Source: Dehalococcoidia bacterium
GTDB lineage: Bacteria; Chloroflexota; Dehalococcoidia; E44-bin15
Reading direction: 5' to 3'
NCBI GenBank assembly: GCA_014859165.1
Contig: JACUUT010000003.1
Span: 1 to 34,997 of the forward strand
Length of the DNA: 34,997 nt
In this document: one piece after another, positions 9,764-17,485 of the stretch
Layout: each line of letters opens with the position of its first letter
How positions within the stretch are numbered: the first letter of the stretch is position 1
Position numbers and translations under genes: made by a program
The notes under the pieces: model-generated
Told to the model about the DNA's origin: nothing
What the model saw: the letters and a program-made list of their open reading frames with translations, nothing else
Databases searched by the model: none

Positions 9764-9810
9764 GGAGGAGAGAATTCTCGAGTGCTAGAGCGGGAGAATA
9801 ATTAGCTGAG

Positions 9811-10413
9811 ATGCTGCTTTTTCTCTTCTTCCTTTTCTGCTTAGGAGCCTCAGGGATAATTTACTGGGTGGCGCAGAGGCGACCAAGCGCGCCATTTTTG
9901 TGGCTTGCTTCGATAATAGGATGTCTGTTCAGGGAGAACAGGATGTTTATGGTGGCGCTCACCGGGGCAATATGCCTGCATTTTGCCGGCACCGTAATAC
10001 TGGGCGGAGTAAAATATAACACCTCCGGCTTTACTATCATTACCCATACCATGTTCGGCTTCTTCATGAGAGAACTCATAGAGCGAATAGATAGGGCTCA
10101 GCCCTTCATCGGCAAGATTAGGAGCAAATTGCCAGAAAGAGCAAGAAAATATGTTACGCCATCAACCATTGCGTTTGCATGTTGCGGGGCAAACGCGCTC
10201 CAAGAGGAAGTCTGGGAGCTAATACGCCCTGGAATGTGGCCAACGAGATTAATTCACGTGGCAGACCAGCTCGCAGACGCGGTCTGTGATATAACGGGTA
10301 TCATTATTTCCCTTAATAAAGGGTGGTTCGTGCAGGTCTTTGATAGGCTATTTAATAGAGCCCCAATCACCGATATAGAGGATTCAATCGAAGATAGCGG
10401 GGATTTAGAATAG
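9811..10413 (+). CDS. Hypothetical integral membrane protein
   Basis: 200 aa ORF filling the gap after glyS, with several hydrophobic segments and polar H/E/D motifs (THTMFG, QEEVWE, DQLADAVCD). No clear RBS. Confidence 0.55.
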   Translation: MLLFLFFLFCLGASGIIYWVAQRRPSAPFLWLASIIGCLFRENRMFMVALTGAICLHFAGTVILGGVKYNTSGFTIITHTMFGFFMRELIERIDRAQPFIGKIRSKLPERARKYVTPSTIAFACCGANALQEEVWELIRPGMWPTRLIHVADQLADAVCDITGIIISLNKGWFVQVFDRLFNRAPITDIEDSIEDSGDLE

Positions 10414-10502
10414 ACTTAAGCCGTAACATGGCAGCTACCGGCTGAGGTTTGAGGGGTAGGGATAGGTGGTTTCCGGATTGCGTTAGGTGAGGGGTGCACA
10501 CT

Positions 10503-11336
10503 ATGGAGAGGAAGAAACTAGATAAATTCCCAGAGCAGATTCTGGAACATGTTTCCAAACTTATCGGGGAGCGAAAAACTAGCTCTGAGATAACAGAATT
10601 TTTTGCTAAGGCCGGTTACCCGCAAATCAAGCATGATGGAAGCACTAAATGGCGGTTTATTTACCAAGAGCTGAAGGACCTAAATGCGCAACCTGACGGT
10701 CAGTATCATGTGGCTAAGATCATCCAAGAGTTTTGCAACCCTCTAGAATGGATAAGTGAAGAAGAGCAGCGTATGAGAGTCAGCAATGACCTTAATCGCG
10801 TTCTTATGCATGTCGGTCTACAGCTAAACCAAAAAGGCAAGCTAGTTATTAGTACCGAAGAAAGGGAGTTAGAAAGACCGGAAGCAGGGGCCTTAACCGT
10901 AAATCCGATTTTTAGAACTAGAGACATAAAGCTTGAACATGATTTGTGTTTTGTTCTCATGCCCTTTGCTCCAGCTTTTGATCGCTTATATGAGGATCAC
11001 ATAAAACCCGCTATCCAATCTGAAGGTTTCAAGTGTCTAAAGGCGGATGAACTCTTTTCGCCCACGCCCATAACTGAGGACATTTGGACTTATATCTTAA
11101 AGAGCAGAGTGATTCTGGCGGATGTTACAGGCAGAAACCCCAATGTCTTTTACGAACTCGGCATTGCTCACACCATTGGCAAACCTGTCATACTAATTGC
11201 CCAAAATAGCAACGATATTCCCTTTGACATTGCTTATATTAGGTGTTTTCTTTACAGTGATGATTCTAAAGGCTGGGCCACTCTCAAAGAGAGTATCTCA
11301 CCAGCATTGAAAACTATTTCAATAGCCGAAACCTAG
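10503..11336 (+). CDS. AbiJ-NTD-like domain fused to a nucleoside 2-deoxyribosyltransferase/TIR-like domain; candidate defence protein
   Basis: N-terminal SEITEFF...STKWRFI...LNRVLMHVG; C-terminal CFVLMPF, KADE, ADVTGRNPNVFYELGIAH, IPFDI. GAGGGG RBS before ATG 10503; AT-richer than the flanks. Confidence 0.7.
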   Translation: MERKKLDKFPEQILEHVSKLIGERKTSSEITEFFAKAGYPQIKHDGSTKWRFIYQELKDLNAQPDGQYHVAKIIQEFCNPLEWISEEEQRMRVSNDLNRVLMHVGLQLNQKGKLVISTEERELERPEAGALTVNPIFRTRDIKLEHDLCFVLMPFAPAFDRLYEDHIKPAIQSEGFKCLKADELFSPTPITEDIWTYILKSRVILADVTGRNPNVFYELGIAHTIGKPVILIAQNSNDIPFDIAYIRCFLYSDDSKGWATLKESISPALKTISIAET

Positions 11337-11349
11337 ATTGGTTTAAGCA

Positions 11350-12570
11350 ATGAAAATCCTTCATTTTGCTGACCTGCACCTGGGGGTGGAGAACTACGGG
11401 AGAATCGACCCCCAGACCGGGCTTTCATCCCGCCTCGGCGATTTCTTATCGGCTTTCGATGAGGTGGTGGCATATGCCCTGAGCGAGAAAATCGACCTCG
11501 TCCTTTTCTGTGGCGATGCCTACAAGAGCCGCGAGCCCTCCCAGACCCACCAGAGGGAGTTCGCCAGGCGCATCTGGAGGCTGGCATCAAGCGGCACCCC
11601 CATTTTCCTCCTCATCGGTAACCATGACCTCCCCAACGCCATCGGTAGAGCCACCACAATGGAGATTTTTCATACACTGGAGATTGAAAATGTTACCGTG
11701 GCCACTCGCCCCGGCACCTATAGAATAGAGACCAAAAATGGCATCCTTCAGGTTGTCGCATTGCCCTGGGCAAGAAGGAGCGCCCTACTCAGCAGGGAGG
11801 AGACAAAGAACCTCACCCTCGATGAGGTCAATGAGAGGCTGGAGAGGATACTCACCGAGCGCCTCATGGCGGAGGTCGAGGCGCTGGATCGGAGCCTGCC
11901 CGCCATCCTCGCCGCCCATGTCTTCGTCCACGGCGCCCGGACTGGCTCGGAGAGGGGGATGATAATGGGGCACGATTATGTGCTCCTTCAGAGCAATGTG
12001 GCAAACCCCGCCTTCGATTATGTTGCCTTGGGTCATATTCATAAGTCGCAAGTCCTCACGGAAAATCCCCCCGTGGTCTACCCGGGAAGCCTGGAGCGCA
12101 TCGACTTCAGCGAGGAGGAGGACGAGAAGGGGTTCTATGTTGTGGAGATAGGGCAAAAAAGGCAGGTGTCCTTTGAGTTTCATCCGGTGAAGGCGCGTCC
12201 TTTTCTCACCATCAAGGTAAATATCGGCGCCCAGGAGCCCGAGCCCACCGAGGCGGTGCTCAAGGCCATCGCCAGGCACGAGGTAAAGGATGCCATTGTG
12301 CGGGTCCAGGTGGCTATCCCGGAGCGGCTTGAAGGGCTGTTTGGTGAGGGGGAGGTTCGCAAGGCGCTGAAAGACGCCCACTTCATCGCTGCCATCGCCA
12401 GGGATGTGGCGCGAGAGCGCCGTCCCCGCATGCCAGGCTTTTCTGCTGAGGGGACAACCCCCCTGGAGGCCCTTGAGGTCTACCTGAACTCGAAAAGCAT
12501 ATCCCAGGAGCGAATCAAGGTGCTTCTGGAGTACGGAGAGAGGCTTATTGGGGAAAGCGAGGCGGAATAG
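11350..12570 (+). CDS. sbcD: SbcD/Mre11 nuclease
   Basis: MKILHFADLHLG, LFCGD, IGNHD, AAH, DYVALGHIH, YPGSLERIDFSE. Confidence 0.92.
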   Translation: MKILHFADLHLGVENYGRIDPQTGLSSRLGDFLSAFDEVVAYALSEKIDLVLFCGDAYKSREPSQTHQREFARRIWRLASSGTPIFLLIGNHDLPNAIGRATTMEIFHTLEIENVTVATRPGTYRIETKNGILQVVALPWARRSALLSREETKNLTLDEVNERLERILTERLMAEVEALDRSLPAILAAHVFVHGARTGSERGMIMGHDYVLLQSNVANPAFDYVALGHIHKSQVLTENPPVVYPGSLERIDFSEEEDEKGFYVVEIGQKRQVSFEFHPVKARPFLTIKVNIGAQEPEPTEAVLKAIARHEVKDAIVRVQVAIPERLEGLFGEGEVRKALKDAHFIAAIARDVARERRPRMPGFSAEGTTPLEALEVYLNSKSISQERIKVLLEYGERLIGESEAE

Positions 12571-12579
12571 TTCTGATGG

Positions 12580-12614
12580 GATTGCTTCCCCCGATAAATC
12601 GGGGTCGCAATGAC
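12580..12614. repeat. REP-like half element with an internal CCCCGAT-AA-ATCGGGG hairpin, between convergent genes
   Basis: GATTGCTTC-C-CCCCGATAAATCGGGG-TCGCAATGAC; the flanks match 17344-17375. Confidence 0.8.
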
Positions 12615-12619
12615 TGCGA

Positions 12620-13576
12620 TTAAAGTCCAGCCACTATCCTGTCGTAGCCCTCAACGATGCTTCGAACCACATCGCTGGCGCTCATGATCTCCTTGATCAT
12701 CCCGGCCACAGCCCCAGCCAATGCTTGACCGTGAACTATATCGCCCCGCAGTGCTGCCGCTGCGGTTAGCCCGGGGGACAGGATAGCTAATAGCTCCTCG
12801 CGGGAAGCGCCAGCGCTCTCCTTCTCCTGAATCCGCTTTGTTAACTCGTTTTTTAAGCCTCTGGTGGGTATTAGCCTCCTCCCCGTGATCACAGTAGAGG
12901 TATCTGTAGCCTCAACGATAGCCTCTTTATAGCTCTGATTAGCGATGCACTCGCGGGTGGCGATGAAGCGAGTGCCCATCTGCACCCCCTCCGCCCCTAA
13001 AGCCAGCGCAGCAACAAACCCCTTAGCATCGCAGATGCCTCCTGCGGCAACCACAGGGATGCTCACCGCATCCACCACCTGGGGGATGAGGACAAAAGTG
13101 GTAATCTCATCGGGGCTATTGAGCCCCCCCGACTCATACCCCTCAGCGATGACAGCGTCTACACCGTTCTTCTCAGCGCCCCTGGCATGCCTTACCGAGG
13201 CCACCACATGGAGGACCTTAACCTTGTGCTCCTTAAGATACTTGGTGTGAAGCGCTGGACTTCCCGCCCCTATGGTGACCACCCGAACCCCCTCCTCAAT
13301 GGCGATGTCGATCAGGCTCCGGTCCTCACCTATGTTCTGTATGGAGAAGTTCACCCCAAAGGGCTTATCGGTGAGGCTTTTCGCCTTTCTTATCTGGTTC
13401 CTGAGGTTCTCGGCAACCTTTCCCCAATCGGGCTCCCCGGCGTTTGGGCTGATTATGCCCAGCCCTCCGGCCTCAGAAACAGAGGCTGCCAGCTCAGCAT
13501 TGGCGATCAGGCTCATCCCACCTTGAATTATGGGATACTCAATACCCAAAAGCTCGCAGACCCTTGTCTTCCTCAC
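12620..13576 (-). CDS. FabK/nitronate monooxygenase-family FMN enzyme, paralogue lacking the catalytic His
   Basis: PIIQGGM, PFGVN, VVAAGGI.D, GVQMGTRF; ESGGLNS in place of EAGGH; GGAGGA RBS before GTG. Confidence 0.85.
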   Translation of the reverse strand: MRKTRVCELLGIEYPIIQGGMSLIANAELAASVSEAGGLGIISPNAGEPDWGKVAENLRNQIRKAKSLTDKPFGVNFSIQNIGEDRSLIDIAIEEGVRVVTIGAGSPALHTKYLKEHKVKVLHVVASVRHARGAEKNGVDAVIAEGYESGGLNSPDEITTFVLIPQVVDAVSIPVVAAGGICDAKGFVAALALGAEGVQMGTRFIATRECIANQSYKEAIVEATDTSTVITGRRLIPTRGLKNELTKRIQEKESAGASREELLAILSPGLTAAAALRGDIVHGQALAGAVAGMIKEIMSASDVVRSIVEGYDRIVAGL

Positions 13577-13592
13577 CTAATCCTCCTCTTAA

Positions 13593-14546
13593 TTACAGAT
13601 TGGCCACTACCCTGGAATAGCTATCCACAATGCTTCGAACCACCTCGCCGGCGCTCACGATCTCACTGATCACCCCAGCAATGGCACCGCAATATACCTC
13701 GCCTTCCTGCACCTTGCCCTCTAATTGGCCCATCCGTGACCTACCAACGCCGATGAAGGCCAAAATCTCTTCAGCCGAGGCCCCACGCTTGTCCATCTCG
13801 AGGAGCTTGGCCGTAAACTCATTCTTAATCCCCCTGGTGGGACCGAGCTTTCTCCCGGTGATCATTGTCCCCGTGTCAGTGGCTTTTACGATCATTTCCT
13901 TGAAGTTCTGGTGGGCCACACACTCATGGGTGGCGACGAAGCGGGTGCCCATCTGCACCCCCTCTGCCCCCAAAGCCAGAGCGGCAACAAAACCCCGTGC
14001 ATCGGCGATCCCCCCGGCGGCAACCACAGGGATGCTTACCGCCTCCACTACCTGGGGAACGAGGACGAAGGTGGGAAGCTCATCGAAGCCATTATGCCCC
14101 CCAGCTTCATAGCCCTCGGCGATTACCGCATCCACACCGTGCCTTTCAGCGCCCTTGGCATGCCTTACCGAGGCCACAACATGGAGGACCTTAACCCCGC
14201 CTTCCTTCAGGCGGGGGGTATGAAGGGCGGGGTTGCCCGCCGAGGTGGTCACCACCTTCACCCCCTCTTCAATCACTACATCGATCAACTCCTTGCACTC
14301 CGGGATTTGCACAGGAAGGTTCACCCCAAAGGGTTTATCGGTGAGGCTTTTCGCCTTTCTTATCTGGCTCCTGAGGTTCTCCACCACGTCCCCCTCGAGC
14401 CTCATCGCGGCATTAGGGCTGATTATTCCCAGCGCCCCGGCCTCAGAAACGGCAGCAGCAAGCTCGGCATTGGCAATCCATGTCATCCCCCCTTGGATTA
14501 TGGGGTGCTCGATACCCAATAGATCGCAAATCCTCGTCCTTTTCAT
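13593..14546 (-). CDS. fabK: FabK-like enoyl-ACP reductase II / nitronate monooxygenase family
   Basis: PIIQGGM, EGYEAGGHNG, PVVAAGGIADARG, GVQMGTRF. The family is certain; the exact substrate is not. Confidence 0.75.
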   Translation of the reverse strand: MKRTRICDLLGIEHPIIQGGMTWIANAELAAAVSEAGALGIISPNAAMRLEGDVVENLRSQIRKAKSLTDKPFGVNLPVQIPECKELIDVVIEEGVKVVTTSAGNPALHTPRLKEGGVKVLHVVASVRHAKGAERHGVDAVIAEGYEAGGHNGFDELPTFVLVPQVVEAVSIPVVAAGGIADARGFVAALALGAEGVQMGTRFVATHECVAHQNFKEMIVKATDTGTMITGRKLGPTRGIKNEFTAKLLEMDKRGASAEEILAFIGVGRSRMGQLEGKVQEGEVYCGAIAGVISEIVSAGEVVRSIVDSYSRVVANL

Positions 14547-14575
14547 AGGTATTTCCCCTTTTACTGGCTCTCAGC

Positions 14576-14605
14576 ATTCTATTCGCAAAAGAATAGCGAT
14601 GTCAA
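14576..14605 (-). promoter_or_regulatory. Sigma70 promoter for the fabK-like pair
   Basis: Minus strand TTGACA(14605-14600)-18 bp-TAGAAT(14581-14576). Confidence 0.65.
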
Positions 14606-14620
14606 GCAGAAGCTCCGATA

Positions 14621-14649
14621 TTGACGACGAGGAGCAAGTGAAGTAGAAT
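14621..14649 (+). promoter_or_regulatory. Sigma70 promoter for the Trm112-like gene
   Basis: TTGACG(14621-14626)-17 bp-TAGAAT(14644-14649). Confidence 0.65.
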
Positions 14650-14674
14650 TCTCTCCAGAGATAAGGAGGGGGTG

Positions 14675-14857
14675 ATGAAAAGGGATCTCATGGAAATCCT
14701 CGCTTGCCCACTTTGTAAGGGCTCACTCAAACTTACCGTCGAAGAGGAGGATGAAAAGGAGGTCATCAAGGGTTCCCTGTATTGTGAAGGTTGCTCGGTA
14801 ACCTATCCCATAGAAGAGACCATTCCGAATCTACTCCCGCCGGAGCTTCGCACCTAA
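14675..14857 (+). CDS. Trm112/YcaR-like zinc-finger methyltransferase partner
   Basis: LMEILACPLCKG.L...GSLYC..C...YPIEETIPNLLP; AAGGAGG RBS. Confidence 0.88.
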   Translation: MKRDLMEILACPLCKGSLKLTVEEEDEKEVIKGSLYCEGCSVTYPIEETIPNLLPPELRT

Positions 14858-14872
14858 AATAAAGGAGGTAGC

Positions 14873-15106
14873 ATGCAGAAGTCTCGAATAGTTGGTGGGC
14901 TGATCTGTTTGGGAACTGTTGTGGTGGGCATTGCCTTCATCGTGGGGATAGTCCTTGAGAGCTACTGGGCCGTTGCCGTCCCCGTAGTCATTGGCTTCTT
15001 GGTGGTGTTGGCGCTGGGATTCTGGATCGGATGGACCATGGCAGTAACCAAGATCGAGGCTCCACCACAGGTCACCGAGGAAAGCGCTTCAGAACCCAAG
15101 CCCTAG
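14873..15106 (+). CDS. Small two-helix membrane protein, hypothetical
   Basis: AAGGAGG RBS; two hydrophobic stretches and an acidic tail. Confidence 0.7.
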   Translation: MQKSRIVGGLICLGTVVVGIAFIVGIVLESYWAVAVPVVIGFLVVLALGFWIGWTMAVTKIEAPPQVTEESASEPKP

Positions 15107-15471
15107 CCCGGTTTGTCAGGTATATAGGTGACACAAGAGTCCGGGGATTCGCAGACCTGGACGCTAAAGATAGGGAGCCTTCTTTTCTGGAGCTCTTCAC
15201 ATATTTCGGTGGCAATGTTCTCCGAGGAAGGGTTGACCCTGTCAAAAGGCGGCACATCATTCAGGCAGACATGGTCAAAGCGCTCCAGTATCTCCCTGAG
15301 ATGCCCTTTCAGCGCTACAAAATCATAGGTAAGCCCGATCTCGTCCACATCCTGCGCCCGCACCGTGACCATCACCTGGAAGCGGTGCCCGTGCAGCTTT
15401 TCGCACTTCCCCATATAGCCCTTGAGGTAGTGCGCGGCGTCAAAGTGTTCTCGAACCGATACCTCGAACAC
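15103..15471 (-). CDS. queD: 6-pyruvoyl/6-carboxy-tetrahydropterin synthase family with the PTPS-I/III motif
   Basis: FDAAHYL, CEKLHGH, DFVALK, FDH..LND, NPSSENIA, VCES; AAGGAG RBS (GTG at 15474 or 15471). Confidence 0.9.
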   Translation of the reverse strand: MFEVSVREHFDAAHYLKGYMGKCEKLHGHRFQVMVTVRAQDVDEIGLTYDFVALKGHLREILERFDHVCLNDVPPFDRVNPSSENIATEICEELQKRRLPIFSVQVCESPDSCVTYIPDKPG

Positions 15472-15503
15472 CACATTCTCCTTTCCTGTCTGTCACATGA
15501 TCG

Positions 15504-15695
15504 CTACGCTTTCTGGTTTCCTCGTTCGGTGGGGCGAGCCCAGCGTGAATCGACATCTTCAACGAATTTGTGTCCACAGGCGTGACATTCCCAATACCGG
15601 GAGAAGAATCTCCTGAAACGATATTCCTCACGAAGCAACCTCCAGCGTTTTCTATTTGAATTCCCACAATTGGGACATTGCTTCTGATAAGGCAT
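15504..15695 (-). CDS. Small basic zinc-ribbon protein (CxxC...CxxC), hypothetical
   Basis: 63 aa with CPNCG and ECHACGHKF; starts 2 nt after the folK stop, same strand. Confidence 0.6.
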   Translation of the reverse strand: MPYQKQCPNCGNSNRKRWRLLREEYRFRRFFSRYWECHACGHKFVEDVDSRWARPTERGNQKA

Positions 15696-15697
15696 AT

Positions 15698-16195
15698 TTA
15701 TCCCTTCATAGCTATCAGCTTACCCATCTTTCTCACCCCTTCCCTACCCGGAACCCTCGCTGCCAGAGCGCTAATACGCTCACCGCTCGGCGGGTGGAGC
15801 AGCGCCGCATCGAGTTCGAAAAGGGGGATAAGCACAAAGGCCCGCTCCTTTATTCGAGGATGAGGGATGGTTAACTCCGGGGTCTCCATAACAAGGTCGC
15901 CATAAAAGAGTATGTCCACATCTATGGGGCGGGGGGCATTGGGGAAGCTGGGCACCCTCCCCAGACTGACCTCGATACCCTTTATCAGGGAAAGCAGTTG
16001 GAATGGCTCCAGGTCTGTTTGAGTGCGGCAAACGACATTGAGAAACAAAGATTGCTCCTCATGCCCCACTGGCGCGGTTTCATAAAGGGAGGAGATTTGC
16101 TCTATAGCGAGCCGCTCGCTAAGGAGCTGGAGCGCTTTTTCCAGATTTGCTTTGCGATCCCCCAAATTCGAACCGAGACCAAGATAGACCTTCAT
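15698..16195 (-). CDS. folK: 2-amino-4-hydroxy-6-hydroxymethyldihydropteridine diphosphokinase
   Basis: YLGLGSNLGD, SSLYETAP, FLN, IE..LGR, PRPIDVDIL, LTIPHPR, RAFVLIPL. Confidence 0.95.
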   Translation of the reverse strand: MKVYLGLGSNLGDRKANLEKALQLLSERLAIEQISSLYETAPVGHEEQSLFLNVVCRTQTDLEPFQLLSLIKGIEVSLGRVPSFPNAPRPIDVDILFYGDLVMETPELTIPHPRIKERAFVLIPLFELDAALLHPPSGERISALAARVPGREGVRKMGKLIAMKG

Positions 16196-17031
16196 CTGAT
16201 TCCCCTGACAATGGCATCGGTCATCCTTGAGACGCGCACCATCTGGAGGACCTCATGCACCCGCACTATGTCAGCGCCATTGGCGATACCCAGGGCAATG
16301 GTGGCCGCCGTCCCCTCCAAACGCTGATCGGGAGGCAAGTTCAGCACCAGCCCGATCATCGATTTGCGCGATGTGCCTAAGAGAATTGGTCTGCTCAGCG
16401 CCTTGACCTCACCCAGGCGACGGATGAGCTCCAGATTTCCCTCTAGGGTCTTGCCGAAACCGATGCCCGGGTCGATGATGACATTCTCCCAGGCCACCCC
16501 AGCATCCAGCGCCAGGTTGATGCCCTTCCTCAAGGAAGCCATGACCTCAGAGATGATCTCCTGATAGATGGTTTCCCGCTGATTTGCCACAATGACGAGG
16601 GGCACCCCCCATTCGGCAGCGAGCTGGGCAAGGGAGGGGTCACGCCTCAGGCCCCAAACATCGTTGATCATCCTCGCCCCTGCCTCAAGGGCACGCCTGG
16701 CTACCTCAGATTTGTAGGTATCGATGCTTATGGGCACGGTGACCTCCCCCGCCAGCTTTTCGATCACCGGGATCACCCGGCCTAGCTCCTCAGCGGCGGA
16801 TATGGGGGTTGAGTCGGGACGGGTGGACTCGCCGCCCACATCGAGGATGTCGGCGCCCTCTCCGATGAGGCGTTTTGCCTGAGCCAGAGCAGCATCGATG
16901 TCGCTCCCCAGACCATCGCTGGAGAAGGAGTCAGGGGTGAGGTTCAAGACCCCCATGATGAAGGTTCGCTCCCCCCACCTGAACTCCCTATCGCCGCACC
17001 TGGTGACGCCAAGACCACTGCTCACCATCAT
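16192..17031 (-). CDS. folP: Dihydropteroate synthase
   Basis: IMGVLNLTPDSFS, DVGGESTRP, ISIDT, INDV, IDPGIGFGK, GTSRKS, IVRVH. Exact start uncertain (17037/17031/17028). Confidence 0.95.
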   Translation of the reverse strand: MMVSSGLGVTRCGDREFRWGERTFIMGVLNLTPDSFSSDGLGSDIDAALAQAKRLIGEGADILDVGGESTRPDSTPISAAEELGRVIPVIEKLAGEVTVPISIDTYKSEVARRALEAGARMINDVWGLRRDPSLAQLAAEWGVPLVIVANQRETIYQEIISEVMASLRKGINLALDAGVAWENVIIDPGIGFGKTLEGNLELIRRLGEVKALSRPILLGTSRKSMIGLVLNLPPDQRLEGTAATIALGIANGADIVRVHEVLQMVRVSRMTDAIVRGIR

Positions 17032-17043
17032 CTCCACCCTCAG

Positions 17044-17052
17044 ATTCTAGCA
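17044..17052 (-). promoter_or_regulatory. Extended -10 promoter for folP-folK-queD
   Basis: Minus strand TGCTAGAAT (TGn-TAGAAT) just upstream of folP. Confidence 0.5.
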
Positions 17053-17153
17053 CAAGCCCAAGTCATTGAGAATACTTGACAAGGAGCGGTGGGAAACATC
17101 ATTTCATGGGCGGGCAACTCGCCTGAACTCGCTCAGATAGATGGGGGACGCCT

Positions 17154-17169
17154 CCCCGATACATCGGGG
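17154..17169. repeat. CCCCGAT-AC-ATCGGGG palindrome
   Basis: Free-standing copy of the recurrent module. Confidence 0.8.
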
Positions 17170-17220
17170 TAGGGGGTTATCTTACGCTTTAGGTTTGAGA
17201 CATGCCCTGGCAATTCTTTA

Positions 17221-17376
17221 TGTCATTGCGAGCCCTTCGCCTTCTGTCATTCTGACCCCGACAAGTCGGGGGAAGAATCTCAACATACGGCTCAGGATAA
17301 ACTCCGCGAAGCAATCCCACAGGGAAAGGAAACCCAAATAGGAGATTGCTTCGGCACTTTGTGCCTCGCAATGACA
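17221..17376. repeat. Nested REP-like composite element
   Basis: 12 bp terminal inverted repeat TGTCATTGCGAG/CTCGCAATGACA; inner pair GAAGCAATC/GATTGCTTC; internal TGTCATTCTGA-CCCCGACAAGTCGGGG-GAAGAATCT. Confidence 0.85.
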
Positions 17377-17418
17377 AGGAAGTTATATGTCACTAATGTA
17401 CTGGACGAGTACATCTCC

Positions 17419-17447
17419 TTGCATTTTTGGGGTCAACATTATAGAAT
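17419..17447 (+). promoter_or_regulatory. Sigma70 promoter for the large carbon/redox operon
   Basis: TTGCAT(17419-17424)-17 bp-TAGAAT(17442-17447). Confidence 0.6.
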
Positions 17448-17485
17448 AAGCATGTAACCACTTTCACAAACTTGCGGAGGGGAAA

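Noticed and set aside
17040-17220. THF or other riboswitch upstream of folP
   Set aside because: The putative promoter lies immediately before the start codon, leaving no room for a leader, and I recognise no aptamer consensus.
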